IMG/VR virus record: IMGVR_UViG_3300042482_000702
Span: 124,001 to 188,000 of that record
DNA: 64,000 nucleotides
Direction: 5' to 3' (one strand)
The notes beneath the pieces were generated by a model, which ran no database searches, was not told the origin of the DNA, and saw only the letters and a list, made by a program, of their open reading frames with translations. Shown in pieces: positions 1 to 11,587 of the stretch (the stretch's first letter is position 1; the number at the start of each line of letters is the position of its first letter). The position numbers and the translations under genes are program-made.

Positions 1-3000
1 AGATTTCCTGACCCTGTTGACGCAAGCGATTGACTTGTAGACGTACCATCGTCCGATATGAGAAAAATACTAAAATTAGTATTTGCATGTAATGCGAAAC
101 TATTATCAATATTATCTTGGAGAGTAGTTGATGTCGGTAATCTATCCGACCTCATAACTATTTGAGTTCCAGATGTACCTAATCCAATATTCATTGTTAA
201 ACTACTTAAGTATTTTGGAGCGTAATAAAGATTCCTAGTTTCCACAGGTGATTGGACACCAGCTTGTTTAGCAATATCAACAACTTGATAAAATAAACTA
301 CCTCCATCCACGTTTTCACCAGGAAAATACCCTCTATTATTTGACCCCGAATTATAAACACCATATCGTCTATTTAGAGTATAACTAACATTATAAGTAA
401 TTGGATTAAAACTGAATACACTGTATACGTAAACTGTATACCCATCCACCCACTCAACTATGAATCCATTCTGCCCTTGGGTACCAATTCCACCACCTGA
501 ACCTTTCGTTCTGGAAACTTTATTACCACCTAAATTATTTAATAATAAATAATTATTGTTTAAAGATGACTGTGAATAAGTATTGGTGTTATAATTATTA
601 ACATTAAAGTAATAGGTTAATGATGATGTATATGGTATTGTTATATATCCAGCATACGCATTTTGAAAAAACACTGTAACAGTACTATTGTATTCAACAT
701 CTGCAAATATTTTTACAACAATTCTATCTAAACTATTATATGTTGTACCCATTATTGGAGCTATAAATGTATAGTCGTCAGGAATAGGGGTTGTTCCTAC
801 GGATGTATAAGGAATTCGTTTTCTTGAACTACGCCCCAAAAAAACTTCCTCACGAGTAACTGGATTAAATTTATATATACTAACATATAGGTATGTCTGA
901 GAGAATCTTCCCGTTTTTTTACTATTTGCATAAATCTTAATTGTTGCCACTGTACCCAATTGTGTTGAAGTTAAATTTGGAACTAAAGATGGCGTACTAA
1001 ATCCCGCAACAAAAATACCGAATTGTGGTGGTAAGTCGTTACTACTATTGTTTGACCAAGTATTACTAATTCTAAAATAATCACCAGATAACAGAGGGCT
1101 AGTTGTACTAGCAAGGTTTTGGGATGAACTACTAGGGGTAAACGATAAATTTTGTTTATCCAATCGAGAATAATGAGTATGTAAATTTGTTGAGAATCCA
1201 CTAAAACTAAACACACCACTCGTTGCAGGTTTAAAATGAAATGAATCGTAATATAAGTTCTGATTGGTTAAACCATCTACTAATGTGTTATTACTCAAAT
1301 TATGTGTGGTACATTTTAACCCCCCCTTTATAGGATGATTTAATTTAAATCCACCTATCTTATTACTCGTTACAATTGTTTGGTTATTACCAAAATCATA
1401 ACCAAATAAACGACTTAAATCATAAGACACATTAACTCTAGATGAATTGGGGTCAACCCCCCTAACCAAGAAAATAACCCTTTGTTTCTCTTGTTTTTTA
1501 TACTTAACTATTGGTGAAAAAAGTCTATTGGTACCGTTAAATTCAATACTTGAATTAGGCACTGGGTCTATACGATAAAACAACATTGAGTTACTTAAAA
1601 ATCTATTATTAAACGAATTAATATTACTCCAATCATTAGGTACTGATACTGTTGTTGTATTACACATACCCGTATATTCAGTATAAGTCATTCCTGTTAT
1701 AACTTGGAAATATTCAACATCCATTGGAAATTTAGCGTAAGTAGCATCTCCGGAGAATTGAATTATATCATACACCGTCGTAATTCCAGAAGGAATAATA
1801 AGAGACGGGTCAGCATATACAACATTTATTTTACTTCTATTATTAATTGTCTCTCCTGTTATTGAATATGTTCCATATTCATTTAATGATGTACCATCTC
1901 CGGCAATATTTATATCCTTTGATAATTCAAAATCTTGAAAACTAATTATACCCCCCGGGACCATACTTTTTGATGTTGCATCAGCAACAATTGCTATAAC
2001 ATTATCGTAATGAAATTTACCAGGATTTAGTTCCGGTTGAAAAGTCACTTTTATCCTATTAACCCCCCCTCCAGGATTACCAGGCGAATTGTTAAAATAT
2101 TTTCCTTTAGTATTAAAAAGATTTAATCTTTCCGACACTGTTAAGCTAGATGTAAAATAATTATATTCAGGTGCTTCTAAGGATGTTTCCGCATCTGGGT
2201 TGGTGTCATCTGATGTCGTAGGTATCATTTCCGGAACTCTAGTGTCCGCGACTAATGTTTCATCCTCAGCACTACCTAAAGGACGACCAGCAAACATACT
2301 CTGATACACTGCGTCTTGAGTATAAACACCCACATCACTTTTTTTTCGGTTATAATAATTACTCTGTATTTGATATTGAGTTAAAATTGATGTTCCAGCA
2401 CCTTCGACCGGCTCTTCTGCTCCCTCACCTTCTGCTAACACACCATCTTTATCGTCTTTTGGTAAACTATCTGGGTCACCGCAATCACAAAAAGAACAAT
2501 CAGGATAAGACAAATTAGGTACTTTAATATTTTTTAACTTATCAGGAAAAGAAATAATTTGTTGCCCAAGTTCTATTATATCCTTAGCTGACTGACATTT
2601 CAATGAATCATACTTTCGACGAAACCATTTACCACCAGCCCATCTAGGTAAACGAGCTAACGCACCTAATATAGCTTTAATAAGATTACAAATGAACGCT
2701 ACTATAAACAATACAGGAACAAGAACTATAGTGACAACAAATGCTAACACTTTTAAAACAAACCATAAAATATGTACAACAGGAATTAAAACAATAAAAA
2801 TTGGTCTAAATAAAAATAACATTATCCAAAAGATAAAATAAATTAAATCAAACCTAAATACCGAATCGTTAGTAGGAAATTTATTATTATCACTCTCACA
2901 CGCATCATCTAAAATATTTTTTATACTAATAATCTGATTAGGAAAACTACCATTCCTATATTGGTCAATTAATTGCGACACAGTGTAAACTTTATTATAC

Positions 3001-4325
3001 TGCATTAAATAAAATGTGTCCTCACAATTAATTGCTGATTGTATATCCGCATAATCATTCCAATCTAAACTAAATGAATAAGATTTCAACGCTTCTTTAT
3101 AATTAGTATTACTTGACCTTGATAATGGGTCTCGAGAACTATCATCCCAACCATATTCTCTAATATTAGGTACTAAAAAATATCCTCGTCTAACTGTTTC
3201 AGATAATGATGGCGATTGATTCCATTTTACTTTAAACCTATATTTGGCTTTAGTTGGTATTCCTTTTTTCGGGTCGTCCGATATTACTTGTTCACCAAAT
3301 TCATTGGTTATTAAATAATCCAAATTCATTGGAACATCCAATAACCAAGTACCATTCTCATCAATAACTTGACCGCCTTCTTCTAAATCAATAGTTTCAA
3401 GAGTTGGATATCCGTCAGTATCTTTAAATATGGTTTGCCGTATTGCTAATATTTCTCCCGGACCAGCAACTAAAGAACATTGAGCCCCTGATTTAACTCT
3501 TGGTTTACAATTTCGTTTTACAACATCATCATTAATTGACGACACAATTGAACCCATAAAAATAGACGTTGGTCTAATATCAACACTAGCCTCAGATGAT
3601 AAGTCAAAATCCGTTCTAGTTATACCCAAATTACATATTTCAGGTTGTCCCCATAATGGTTCAACCGTTATTACCTTATTAATAGATATAATTTGAGGTA
3701 ATTCCCGTAAATTAGTTGATGATTTAAAATCGACTCCCGCAACTTGATTTGGTGTTGCAATACCCATTCTAACTAAATCTTGTGGTGATAATGAAAATTC
3801 ACCTATATCAGATAAATCAACATCTAAAACTATTGTTTGAGAACCAGGTGGAACTCCAAAAATCATATAATCACCACTATTGTTAGTTGTTGTTGTATAC
3901 TTATAATACTTATCAAAAACCTCAATTAGTGTTGGGTCAGTTAATACATCTTGTCTAGTGAAAAAAGTTCCAGTCGGGTTATGACCACTATGTGATTTGG
4001 TATATGGTAATAAATTATATCTATACCCATCTTCGTTTAAATCAATTAATGATTTGTAAGGGTATAAATCAGATATAACAGGATTAGATTCATCCGCACT
4101 ATCTAACGGAATAAATACGGATACTTTAGCATTTGGAATACCAAATCCATTGTTAACACTTACACGACCAACAATTACCCCATAATCGGAGCATTGTCTA
4201 GTATAAATTTGACTTTGTAGTACTTTCAAAGAAAGTATTTCCAAATACTCAAATTCTTGGTCTATTAAAACTTTAATTGAGGTATCAACACCGGGTTTGG
4301 TTCTTATTCTAAATGAATTGGACAT
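1..4325 (-). CDS. Large virion/baseplate-associated protein, 3' truncated by the window edge (>1440 aa), with an internal long hydrophobic segment
   Basis: Missing from the ORF track because no stop falls inside the window. Manual translation from ATG at 4325 (MSNSFRIRTKPGVDTSIKVLIDQEFEYLEILSL...) stays open to position 3 (...STGSGN). It follows the baseplate wedge gene. Hydrophobic run FDLIYFIFWIMLFLFRPIFIVLIPVVHILWFVLKVLAFVVTIVLVPVLFIVAFIC at about 2685-2855. Confidence 0.85.
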   Translation of the reverse strand, partial: MSNSFRIRTKPGVDTSIKVLIDQEFEYLEILSLKVLQSQIYTRQCSDYGVIVGRVSVNNGFGIPNAKVSVFIPLDSADESNPVISDLYPYKSLIDLNEDGYRYNLLPYTKSHSGHNPTGTFFTRQDVLTDPTLIEVFDKYYKYTTTTNNSGDYMIFGVPPGSQTIVLDVDLSDIGEFSLSPQDLVRMGIATPNQVAGVDFKSSTNLRELPQIISINKVITVEPLWGQPEICNLGITRTDFDLSSEASVDIRPTSIFMGSIVSSINDDVVKRNCKPRVKSGAQCSLVAGPGEILAIRQTIFKDTDGYPTLETIDLEEGGQVIDENGTWLLDVPMNLDYLITNEFGEQVISDDPKKGIPTKAKYRFKVKWNQSPSLSETVRRGYFLVPNIREYGWDDSSRDPLSRSSNTNYKEALKSYSFSLDWNDYADIQSAINCEDTFYLMQYNKVYTVSQLIDQYRNGSFPNQIISIKNILDDACESDNNKFPTNDSVFRFDLIYFIFWIMLFLFRPIFIVLIPVVHILWFVLKVLAFVVTIVLVPVLFIVAFICNLIKAILGALARLPRWAGGKWFRRKYDSLKCQSAKDIIELGQQIISFPDKLKNIKVPNLSYPDCSFCDCGDPDSLPKDDKDGVLAEGEGAEEPVEGAGTSILTQYQIQSNYYNRKKSDVGVYTQDAVYQSMFAGRPLGSAEDETLVADTRVPEMIPTTSDDTNPDAETSLEAPEYNYFTSSLTVSERLNLFNTKGKYFNNSPGNPGGGVNRIKVTFQPELNPGKFHYDNVIAIVADATSKSMVPGGIISFQDFELSKDINIAGDGTSLNEYGTYSITGETINNRSKINVVYADPSLIIPSGITTVYDIIQFSGDATYAKFPMDVEYFQVITGMTYTEYTGMCNTTTVSVPNDWSNINSFNNRFLSNSMLFYRIDPVPNSSIEFNGTNRLFSPIVKYKKQEKQRVIFLVRGVDPNSSRVNVSYDLSRLFGYDFGNNQTIVTSNKIGGFKLNHPIKGGLKCTTHNLSNNTLVDGLTNQNLYYDSFHFKPATSGVFSFSGFSTNLHTHYSRLDKQNLSFTPSSSSQNLASTTSPLLSGDYFRISNTWSNNSSNDLPPQFGIFVAGFSTPSLVPNLTSTQLGTVATIKIYANSKKTGRFSQTYLYVSIYKFNPVTREEVFLGRSSRKRIPYTSVGTTPIPDDYTFIAPIMGTTYNSLDRIVVKIFADVEYNSTVTVFFQNAYAGYITIPYTSSLTYYFNVNNYNTNTYSQSSLNNNYLLLNNLGGNKVSRTKGSGGGIGTQGQNGFIVEWVDGYTVYVYSVFSFNPITYNVSYTLNRRYGVYNSGSNNRGYFPGENVDGGSLFYQVVDIAKQAGVQSPVETRNLYYAPKYLSSLTMNIGLGTSGTQIVMRSDRLPTSTTLQDNIDNSFALHANTNFSIFLISDDGTSTSQSLASTGSGN

Positions 4326-4396
4326 AATATTCTTTTTTAATAAATAGTTTATATACTATTTTCAAAAGATAGTCCATAATATTTTAAAATAAATCT

Positions 4397-6235
4397 CTAC
4401 GAAAAATTAACGGTTTTAAGATTTTTAACTCTAATGTTAATATCTTTACTAGGATATCTAACCTGATAAGTTTGTTTTGGTTCCGCAAAAATGGTGTCAT
4501 CAACCAATTCAATTTGTTTTGTTTCTGAATCAGAATACCTTTGAGATGTTTGAGATGAAGAATATTGTCCTCCCACTTTATTAAAGAAAAGTATATCTGA
4601 CAACGATATTACCCCATTCTCACTTTGAATTAATCTTCTTAATTCTGAAACATTAACATTTTCACCCATTTGTCTATTAGTTGGTGCGAAGTAATCCGAT
4701 ACAATGTTTATCACTTTAGAAATAATTGCTCCCTGATTTTGTGTATTATCTAATACAATATCAACATTAACCCCTAAATCAATTACATTGGCAACTTCAA
4801 TTGATATATAATCATTAATCATTCTATAGTTTGACAAATAGTTTGCAACATTATTTTTTAAAGTATCTGAAACAATTTCTGTAAGACTACCATTTTCATC
4901 ATAAGACAACATTTGGATTTTTATCTTATTATTTTCTTCAGTTATTGAGACTTTTGCCGGAGCCCCGAATTGTGACGGCATTAACCTAATTAATGATTCA
5001 TAATCATTTACTGTTACCGCTCTATTTTGAGCAGCAAAATTATATGTAACTAAATTTCTAACTTCTTCTGTTGTTGGGTAATTACCTCCTCCGATTGCTG
5101 CAGTAACATTCGTACATCTCAACGAATTAACAACACTAGTATTAATAGAATCTGATGGTCCATTAACACTAAACGAAACATTACCAATTTGAGTAATAAC
5201 ATTAACACCTAAATTAGAACCTGTCCCACCACCAATTCTATATTGGATAAAAATTGTACTATTAGATTTAAGAATACTACCTAACCCTAAATTATTGGAA
5301 TATTTATTTAAGTTCATTTCGTACCCATTTCTAGCAAACTCTCTTAATTGTTCGTCAGCAGATTGACTACCTCCACCAAATGTGATTTTAAAAAAACCTT
5401 CTGGTGTATATTCTGTTATGAACTTATCATTAGTTGACATATACTTACCAACTTTTATTCCCGGTTGGTCCGACACTTTAGTTGGGTCTTCTATAAAAAC
5501 TCTATCTTGAGCCAACGCTTGTACTTCATACCATCTATCGTCTAATCCTAAAAATTCTTGAGCGGACGGGATGTTTGCGTATTGAGTACCATCTTTTAAT
5601 AAAACACTTGTTACCCCCAAAACATTTTTTTCAGGTAAGAACATCTCAAAAAATGGTTTAACATCATTTGATGTTACGACTCTTTTAAATACTTTTGTAA
5701 TACCATTAACTATTGTTTCTCTTTTAGTTATTGTATAGTTCAATAATTTATTATTTGAATCAAAATTTGGTATTTTTAATCTATTAGGGTACCCATCGGC
5801 ATTTAATGGTGATGAAAAATCAATATCGTACACAGTTTCAAAAACTTGTCCCGCACCAATAACTTGTGAACCTCTTCTTAATATACCACAATATCTTAAA
5901 TCTTCTTTATCCCCATATGCAGGAACAGTAATTGAGAAATCAACTAAAGCAACTGATGGTCGTTGACCCGGAACTTTTAACCCATAAGTTCTTGCAATAT
6001 TATAAATTGATGACCTTTGTTGAGCATATTGTAATACTGTCTCTTGGATACTTCTATCAATATTAAATTGTAAGTTATCTGTTACCGCAGCATTTAAATC
6101 AATTAATACCGAAAATACGGAAGCATCGTTAAAATTTTCAATAGTATCCGGATAATAAGTTTTTGTAAAATTTATTAATTCCGTTCTGATTGATTGGAAG
6201 TCTCTTGTTGTGTATGAAATTTTCTTATTTGCCAT
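4397..6235 (-). CDS. Baseplate wedge subunit (T4 gp6 / baseplate J-like)
   Basis: N-terminal YTTRDFQSIRTELINF, YAQQRSS, and GG..PTTEEVR...AQNRAVTVNDY motifs typical of gp6/J wedge proteins; adjacent to gp25. Confidence 0.85.
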   Translation of the reverse strand: MANKKISYTTRDFQSIRTELINFTKTYYPDTIENFNDASVFSVLIDLNAAVTDNLQFNIDRSIQETVLQYAQQRSSIYNIARTYGLKVPGQRPSVALVDFSITVPAYGDKEDLRYCGILRRGSQVIGAGQVFETVYDIDFSSPLNADGYPNRLKIPNFDSNNKLLNYTITKRETIVNGITKVFKRVVTSNDVKPFFEMFLPEKNVLGVTSVLLKDGTQYANIPSAQEFLGLDDRWYEVQALAQDRVFIEDPTKVSDQPGIKVGKYMSTNDKFITEYTPEGFFKITFGGGSQSADEQLREFARNGYEMNLNKYSNNLGLGSILKSNSTIFIQYRIGGGTGSNLGVNVITQIGNVSFSVNGPSDSINTSVVNSLRCTNVTAAIGGGNYPTTEEVRNLVTYNFAAQNRAVTVNDYESLIRLMPSQFGAPAKVSITEENNKIKIQMLSYDENGSLTEIVSDTLKNNVANYLSNYRMINDYISIEVANVIDLGVNVDIVLDNTQNQGAIISKVINIVSDYFAPTNRQMGENVNVSELRRLIQSENGVISLSDILFFNKVGGQYSSSQTSQRYSDSETKQIELVDDTIFAEPKQTYQVRYPSKDINIRVKNLKTVNFS

Positions 6236-6241
6236 ATAACA

Positions 6242-6700
6242 TTAAATATTAATAATTACAAAATCTTTTTGATTAAACACATCATTGTTAAGTCTATAAT
6301 CAATTCTAACTTTAGCGGTATGTTCTTTAGTTCCTATACCAGGAACCCTATATACTCTATCATCATTACCATCAATATAAGAACCTTTATCCTCCTCACC
6401 TTCTGATGCAGCGGTAATACTAATATTGGTTATTGTGATATTAGGTATGTAATCTTCAACTGAAGACCTTATTTCAGCATCTATATCCGAAAATGTTGGA
6501 CCATCTAAAGGTTCAAAAATAAACTCATATAATCTAGTTCCAAAATCAGGTAAATAATATCTAGTTCCCTTTCTTGTCAATAATAAATGAACTAAACTAC
6601 TTCTAATCTCTTGGTCATTATAATCAGAAAGGTCTAAATACTTACCATCATACGAATCTCTAAAAGGAAAATTAATCCCATATGTTTTACCATCACTCAT
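6242..6700 (-). CDS. Baseplate wedge protein gp25-like (GPW/gp25 family)
   Basis: LLLTRKGTRYYLPDFGTRLYEFIFEP signature. The start is most likely ATG at 6700 (MSDGKTYGINFPF) rather than 6757, because the longer version overlaps a terminator and the TATTTATA motif. Confidence 0.9.
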   Translation of the reverse strand: MSDGKTYGINFPFRDSYDGKYLDLSDYNDQEIRSSLVHLLLTRKGTRYYLPDFGTRLYEFIFEPLDGPTFSDIDAEIRSSVEDYIPNITITNISITAASEGEEDKGSYIDGNDDRVYRVPGIGTKEHTAKVRIDYRLNNDVFNQKDFVIINI

Positions 6701-6743
6701 AACTATAAATATAATGCCACAATTATTTCTAATAAATACCCCA

Positions 6744-6774
6744 AAATAAAAAATCACGACATATGTCGTGATTT
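6744..6774 (-). terminator. Intrinsic terminator after nrdA
   Basis: Perfect stem AAATCACGAC-atat-GTCGTGATTT followed by a U-rich tract on the minus strand. Confidence 0.75.
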
Positions 6775-6793
6775 ATATCATAATTTATTTTAA

Positions 6794-9211
6794 TTAAGAA
6801 CCACATCCAAAACATTCAAAGTCTGAATCCTCCGGTTTTTTAACTAATTCAACTGTTGGTTTTTCAACAGTTATTTTTGGTTGTTGTATTTTTGATATAT
6901 CCATCGCCAAATGTTTAGCTCCGGTTGATATCGCTTTTGTTCTAACATAATAACAAAGAGTCTTTAATCCTTTACCCCAAGAATGGAAGTGAGACGATGA
7001 AATCTTTGATAATGTTGGTTCAGACATATAGATATTCATTGATTGTGATTGGTCAATGAACGGTGCTCTATCAGCTGCCATATCAATTAATTCTCTTTGA
7101 GATATCTCCCAAATTGTTTTATACTTTGGAATTAAATGTTCTACTCTCTTAACTTTCTTTTTATAATTTTTATCTTCAGGGTCAAGATAGTTATTAAAAT
7201 TAATATTTTGAATTGAGCCTTCGTTCATAATAATTTCATTTTTTAAGTCTTCTCCCCAAATACCTAATTTCTCAAAATCGTTGATTAAGTATTTATTAAC
7301 TATTAAAATTTCACCACCAACAACTCTACGATTAAATAATGCTGAATGAGCTGGTTCTGTCATTTCAAATGAACCGGTAATTTTAGCTGAAGATGCGACA
7401 GGCATCTGAGCGGTAAATAACGAATTACAAACACCATATTTAGACACTTCTAATTTAAGTGAATCCCAATCCCACATTTTTCCTAAACCTTCATAATCTA
7501 ACCCCCACATATCAAATTGGAAGACACTTTTGGACATTGGAGAACCTTCAAAAAATTGGTAAGGTTTATATTCACCTGATTTACATAACTCCATACTAGA
7601 AGTAATCGCCGCAAAATAGATAGTTTCAAATATATCTTTATTTAACTTTTTTGATTCTTCAGATGTGAAAATATAATCCATTAAGAAGAATACATCCGCA
7701 AGTCCTTGTGTTCCAATAGCTATCGCTCTTTGTTCTAACCCACCTTTTCTACCTTGTTCAGTAGAATAACTATTAATGTCAATAACCTTGTTAAGGGCTC
7801 TCACCACTTTTTTAACTTCACTATACAACCAATTAAAATCAAATTTACCATTAACAATAAAATTCTTTAATACCATTGATGATAAGGTACAAATTGCTGT
7901 CGTACTCTCATCCGTATATTGGTAAATTTCATTACATAGGTTAGATTGTTTAATCACCCCAATATTTTGATGGTTAGTTTTTCTATTCGCACTATCTTTA
8001 GAACATAAATAAGGAACACCAGTCTCAACTTGAGATTCAATGATTTTATTCCAAATATTTTGAGCTTTTACTTTTTTACCGAGACCTAACTCAACCGCTC
8101 TACCATAGTTATCTTCATATTCATCACCATAACATTCTTGTAATGGTTTAATACCCGCCTTAACAATGTCATTAGGACAAAACAAATACCAATCAGAATT
8201 GTTTTTAACAGCATTCATAAAATTATCCGGTAACCATATTGATGTGAATAAATCTTTAGCTCTTAATTCTTCGGACCCAGTGTTTTTCTTAATTTCAAGT
8301 AAATCAATAATGTCTTTATGCCAAGGTTCTATATATATCGCAGCGCTTCCAGGTCTTCTACCTTGTTGATTAAAGAAACGAAGAGATTCATTAACAATTT
8401 TAAGATATTTTAACAATCCACCCGCAAATCCACCTGAAGAATTAATACGACTCTCTTTACTACGAATATTAGACATACACAATCCAATTCCCGCGGCATC
8501 TGAAGAATATGTTGAAATGTCGTTTAATGTTTCCAACAATCCCTGTCTAGAATCACCATTGTTATAATGTAATACACAAGACGCCAATTGAGGTGTTTTT
8601 GTACCCGCATTAATCATAATAGGTGTCGCTGGTGATATTATCTGATTTGATAATGATTCGTAATATGATACAGCCTCTTCAAATGATTTTGTCACCCATA
8701 AAGCCACCCTCATATACATATGTTGTGGTCTTTCTATTACTTTACCTTGAGGTGTTTTTAACAAATACATTTCTTGTAATGACCTCCAAGCAAAATAGTC
8801 AAAATTGTAATCATTCTCGTGATTAATAACAGAATCAATATTTTCTGAACCATATTTTTCAATAGTCTCCATTAATTTATCATTTATCACACCATCAGTG
8901 TGTAATACACTCATTGTATTACAAAAACTTTCATCAGTCTCTTTATGGTAAGAAGAAATCGCCACAGAAGATGCTAAACGAGAATAATCGTGATGACTAC
9001 CGGTGTAAGCCGCAGCAATCTCATAAACTAGTTTATCAAGTTCTTTAGTTGTAATAAAACCCTCTGTTGGTACAGAGGTTATTACTTTAATGAATATCTC
9101 ATCAGAATTAACATTTAAACCTTTAGCCGCTCGTTTAACTCTATTGTATATTTTTTGGGGATTAAAGGAAACCTCTTCTCCCCCTCTTTTTTTAATCTTT
9201 AATGACATCAT
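6794..9211 (-). CDS. nrdA: Ribonucleotide reductase class Ia alpha subunit with N-terminal ATP cone
   Basis: SPATP, QLASC, QQGRRPGS, SNLCNEI, MPVASS, IDQSQS, KTLCYY and C-terminal CFGCGS. Confidence 0.97.
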   Translation of the reverse strand: MMSLKIKKRGGEEVSFNPQKIYNRVKRAAKGLNVNSDEIFIKVITSVPTEGFITTKELDKLVYEIAAAYTGSHHDYSRLASSVAISSYHKETDESFCNTMSVLHTDGVINDKLMETIEKYGSENIDSVINHENDYNFDYFAWRSLQEMYLLKTPQGKVIERPQHMYMRVALWVTKSFEEAVSYYESLSNQIISPATPIMINAGTKTPQLASCVLHYNNGDSRQGLLETLNDISTYSSDAAGIGLCMSNIRSKESRINSSGGFAGGLLKYLKIVNESLRFFNQQGRRPGSAAIYIEPWHKDIIDLLEIKKNTGSEELRAKDLFTSIWLPDNFMNAVKNNSDWYLFCPNDIVKAGIKPLQECYGDEYEDNYGRAVELGLGKKVKAQNIWNKIIESQVETGVPYLCSKDSANRKTNHQNIGVIKQSNLCNEIYQYTDESTTAICTLSSMVLKNFIVNGKFDFNWLYSEVKKVVRALNKVIDINSYSTEQGRKGGLEQRAIAIGTQGLADVFFLMDYIFTSEESKKLNKDIFETIYFAAITSSMELCKSGEYKPYQFFEGSPMSKSVFQFDMWGLDYEGLGKMWDWDSLKLEVSKYGVCNSLFTAQMPVASSAKITGSFEMTEPAHSALFNRRVVGGEILIVNKYLINDFEKLGIWGEDLKNEIIMNEGSIQNINFNNYLDPEDKNYKKKVKRVEHLIPKYKTIWEISQRELIDMAADRAPFIDQSQSMNIYMSEPTLSKISSSHFHSWGKGLKTLCYYVRTKAISTGAKHLAMDISKIQQPKITVEKPTVELVKKPEDSDFECFGCGS

Positions 9212-9222
9212 ATTTTATTTAA

Positions 9223-10170
9223 TTAGAAATCTTCGGTAAATGTTAATGATTCACCTAACTTAGCTTTTTGATATTCCATTGTTCTACTTTCAAAAAAGTT
9301 TCCTTTAGTCTCAATAGCAATTTGTTCCATAAATTTAAATGGTTGTTCTACATTAAAATGTTTTTTACAACCAAATTTAACCAATAAACCATCGGTAACA
9401 AATTCAAGGTATTGTTTCATTAGGTTTGAATTCATACCAATTAAAGATACAGGTAATGATTCAGTAATAAACTCTTTTTCAATCTCTAAAGCTGATAATA
9501 ATATTTCTTTAATTCTTTTTTCACTTGGTTTACTCTCAATATGATTGTTTATCAAATGAATAGCAAAATCACAATGTAAATTTTCATCTTTAAAAATAAG
9601 AGTATTAGCATTACATAATCCTTGCATAATACCTCTTGATTTTAACCAAAAAATAGAACAGAACGACCCTGAAAAGAATATCCCTTCAACCGCAGCAAAC
9701 GCAATTAATCTCTCTTGGAAAGAACTACTTTCTATCCATTTCAACGCCCAACTAGCCTTTTTCTGAACAGCCGGTAATCTATCAATAGCGTGAAAACATT
9801 CATCTTTTTCATCAGGGTCGGACACATAGGTATCAATCAATAATGAATACATTAATGAATGGATATTCTCCATCATAATTTGGAATCCGTAGAAAAACTT
9901 TGCTTCAGCATACTGAACTTCTTTTAAAAAGTTTTCCGCCAAATTTTCATTCACAATCCCATCTGACGCTGCGAAAAACGCCAATACATTTTTAATGAAA
10001 TATCTTTCATTATCAGATAAATTTTCCCAATCTCTAATATCATTTGATAAATCTACTTCTTCTGCCGTCCAAAACGCAGCTTGATGTTGTTTATAGTATT
10101 CCCAAATATCATCATGTTCAATTGGGAATATGACAAATCTGTCATTATTTGGTTTTAATATTTTTTCCAT
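9223..10170 (-). CDS. nrdB: Ribonucleotide reductase class Ia beta subunit
   Basis: [30 protein letters not shown] (radical Tyr), [18 protein letters not shown]. Confidence 0.97.
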   Translation of the reverse strand: MEKILKPNNDRFVIFPIEHDDIWEYYKQHQAAFWTAEEVDLSNDIRDWENLSDNERYFIKNVLAFFAASDGIVNENLAENFLKEVQYAEAKFFYGFQIMMENIHSLMYSLLIDTYVSDPDEKDECFHAIDRLPAVQKKASWALKWIESSSFQERLIAFAAVEGIFFSGSFCSIFWLKSRGIMQGLCNANTLIFKDENLHCDFAIHLINNHIESKPSEKRIKEILLSALEIEKEFITESLPVSLIGMNSNLMKQYLEFVTDGLLVKFGCKKHFNVEQPFKFMEQIAIETKGNFFESRTMEYQKAKLGESLTFTEDF

Positions 10171-10175
10171 TTTAT

Positions 10176-11558
10176 TTAATTTTTTTGTTGTTCTTTTTGT
10201 TTTCTCTTATCTAACAAATCTTTAATTCGTTGTCTGTTTCTTTCTTCCGTTTGTTCTTCCAACCCTAAAAAGGTTACAGAACTTTCTGTATCAATCTCTA
10301 ACATACCATTATCAAACTTACAATTTTCAAATACAACACCATCATCACCAATTCGTGATTTAGTAATCGCAATTGTTGCTAGTTTCATTTCTTTCTGTTG
10401 TAGTGATTTTGCCACCGAAATAATTACGTGTCCAACCTGAGCTTTCTTGATAGACCCACCCATTTGGTCAGTAGTTACAACATCTGATGAAATTGAACTT
10501 CTATTACCTTGTGTTGCTGTCCACCCAACCATATCCAATTCGTGACACATAGATTCAAACGCTCTCATTACAGAACCTTCTGATTTCCATTCATCACCTA
10601 AATTTCTATCAGGAACAACACAATCAATATAATCTAATAAAACCATATCAATTTTAACTCCCTCGGAAACCATTTTTCTAATTTGGTTTTTAATTTGCAT
10701 CATTGTCATTGTGTCAGATGGGAGTTTTTTCAAGATAAGTTTATTACTCATCGAGTCTTTAACCTCATTTACTTTAAGAATAACCTCATCTTTTCTAGTG
10801 GATAATTCATCCGGATGAATTTTAGTCCATAATGTAATGTGTTTTCTTTGAATAATTTTTGGATTATCCTCGAAAAATATTTGTAATACATTGTATCCCA
10901 AGTTAAATGCGTGATTAGCAACTTTGGTTAATAATGTAGATTTCCCAACACCTGTTGGTGCCAAAATAACCCCAATTTCTCCTTTAGCTAAACCCCCTTT
11001 TAAGAGTCTATCTATACCCGGAATACCCATTGGTATCGGATGACGATAATCTTCATTTAAAACATCGTCCAAGTTGTGAAAAACATCTTCAGTACCCTTG
11101 TCTAACTCACCCACTTGAAGGGCTTTACTAACCAATTGTTCTAAAGTGTCGTAATTCTCAAATTCACCACCATCGATGATTTTTTGAGCTTTAACCATAA
11201 CTTTTTGCAACTCTTGTTGTTTACAGAATTTCATAGATTTTTCCTGTACAAACTCTTCCCCTTCAGTTGGGGCTTCTTTCACTTTATTAAGTGTGTCAAT
11301 AACTATTTTTGACGCTGTAGCCTGTTGTAGCTCAGATTTGGTGATTTGTTCTAAAGTATCAAATGTTGGTGTATGTTCGTATTTTGAGTAATACTCCTTA
11401 ATCATTTGAATGATGATTTTGAAATATTTATTCTCAAAATAACTTGTTTCAATCACATCAATAATTGACCTAGAGAAGTCTTTATCGATGACGATTTGGT
11501 TTAATAATTGTAGCTGAAATGTGCTACCTAAGTAATCAAAATTTTTGTTTGAAGCCAT
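10176..11558 (-). CDS. Replicative DnaB-like (gp41-type) helicase
   Basis: Walker [26 protein letters not shown] arginine finger. Confidence 0.9.
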   Translation of the reverse strand: MASNKNFDYLGSTFQLQLLNQIVIDKDFSRSIIDVIETSYFENKYFKIIIQMIKEYYSKYEHTPTFDTLEQITKSELQQATASKIVIDTLNKVKEAPTEGEEFVQEKSMKFCKQQELQKVMVKAQKIIDGGEFENYDTLEQLVSKALQVGELDKGTEDVFHNLDDVLNEDYRHPIPMGIPGIDRLLKGGLAKGEIGVILAPTGVGKSTLLTKVANHAFNLGYNVLQIFFEDNPKIIQRKHITLWTKIHPDELSTRKDEVILKVNEVKDSMSNKLILKKLPSDTMTMMQIKNQIRKMVSEGVKIDMVLLDYIDCVVPDRNLGDEWKSEGSVMRAFESMCHELDMVGWTATQGNRSSISSDVVTTDQMGGSIKKAQVGHVIISVAKSLQQKEMKLATIAITKSRIGDDGVVFENCKFDNGMLEIDTESSVTFLGLEEQTEERNRQRIKDLLDKRKQKEQQKN

Positions 11559-11587
11559 ATATTTTCTTTTAGTGTATTAGATAAATA

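Noticed and set aside
983-2518. Short ORFs 983-1219 and 2255-2518 as real genes
   Set aside because: They lie within the long unlisted minus-strand ORF 1-4325.
6794-10170. Eukaryotic giant virus (NCLDV) origin suggested by eukaryote-like RNR, PolB and glycosyltransferases
   Set aside because: Sheath, tube, baseplate and neck genes, overlapping operon-style genes, intrinsic terminators and a sigma70 promoter indicate a tailed bacteriophage.
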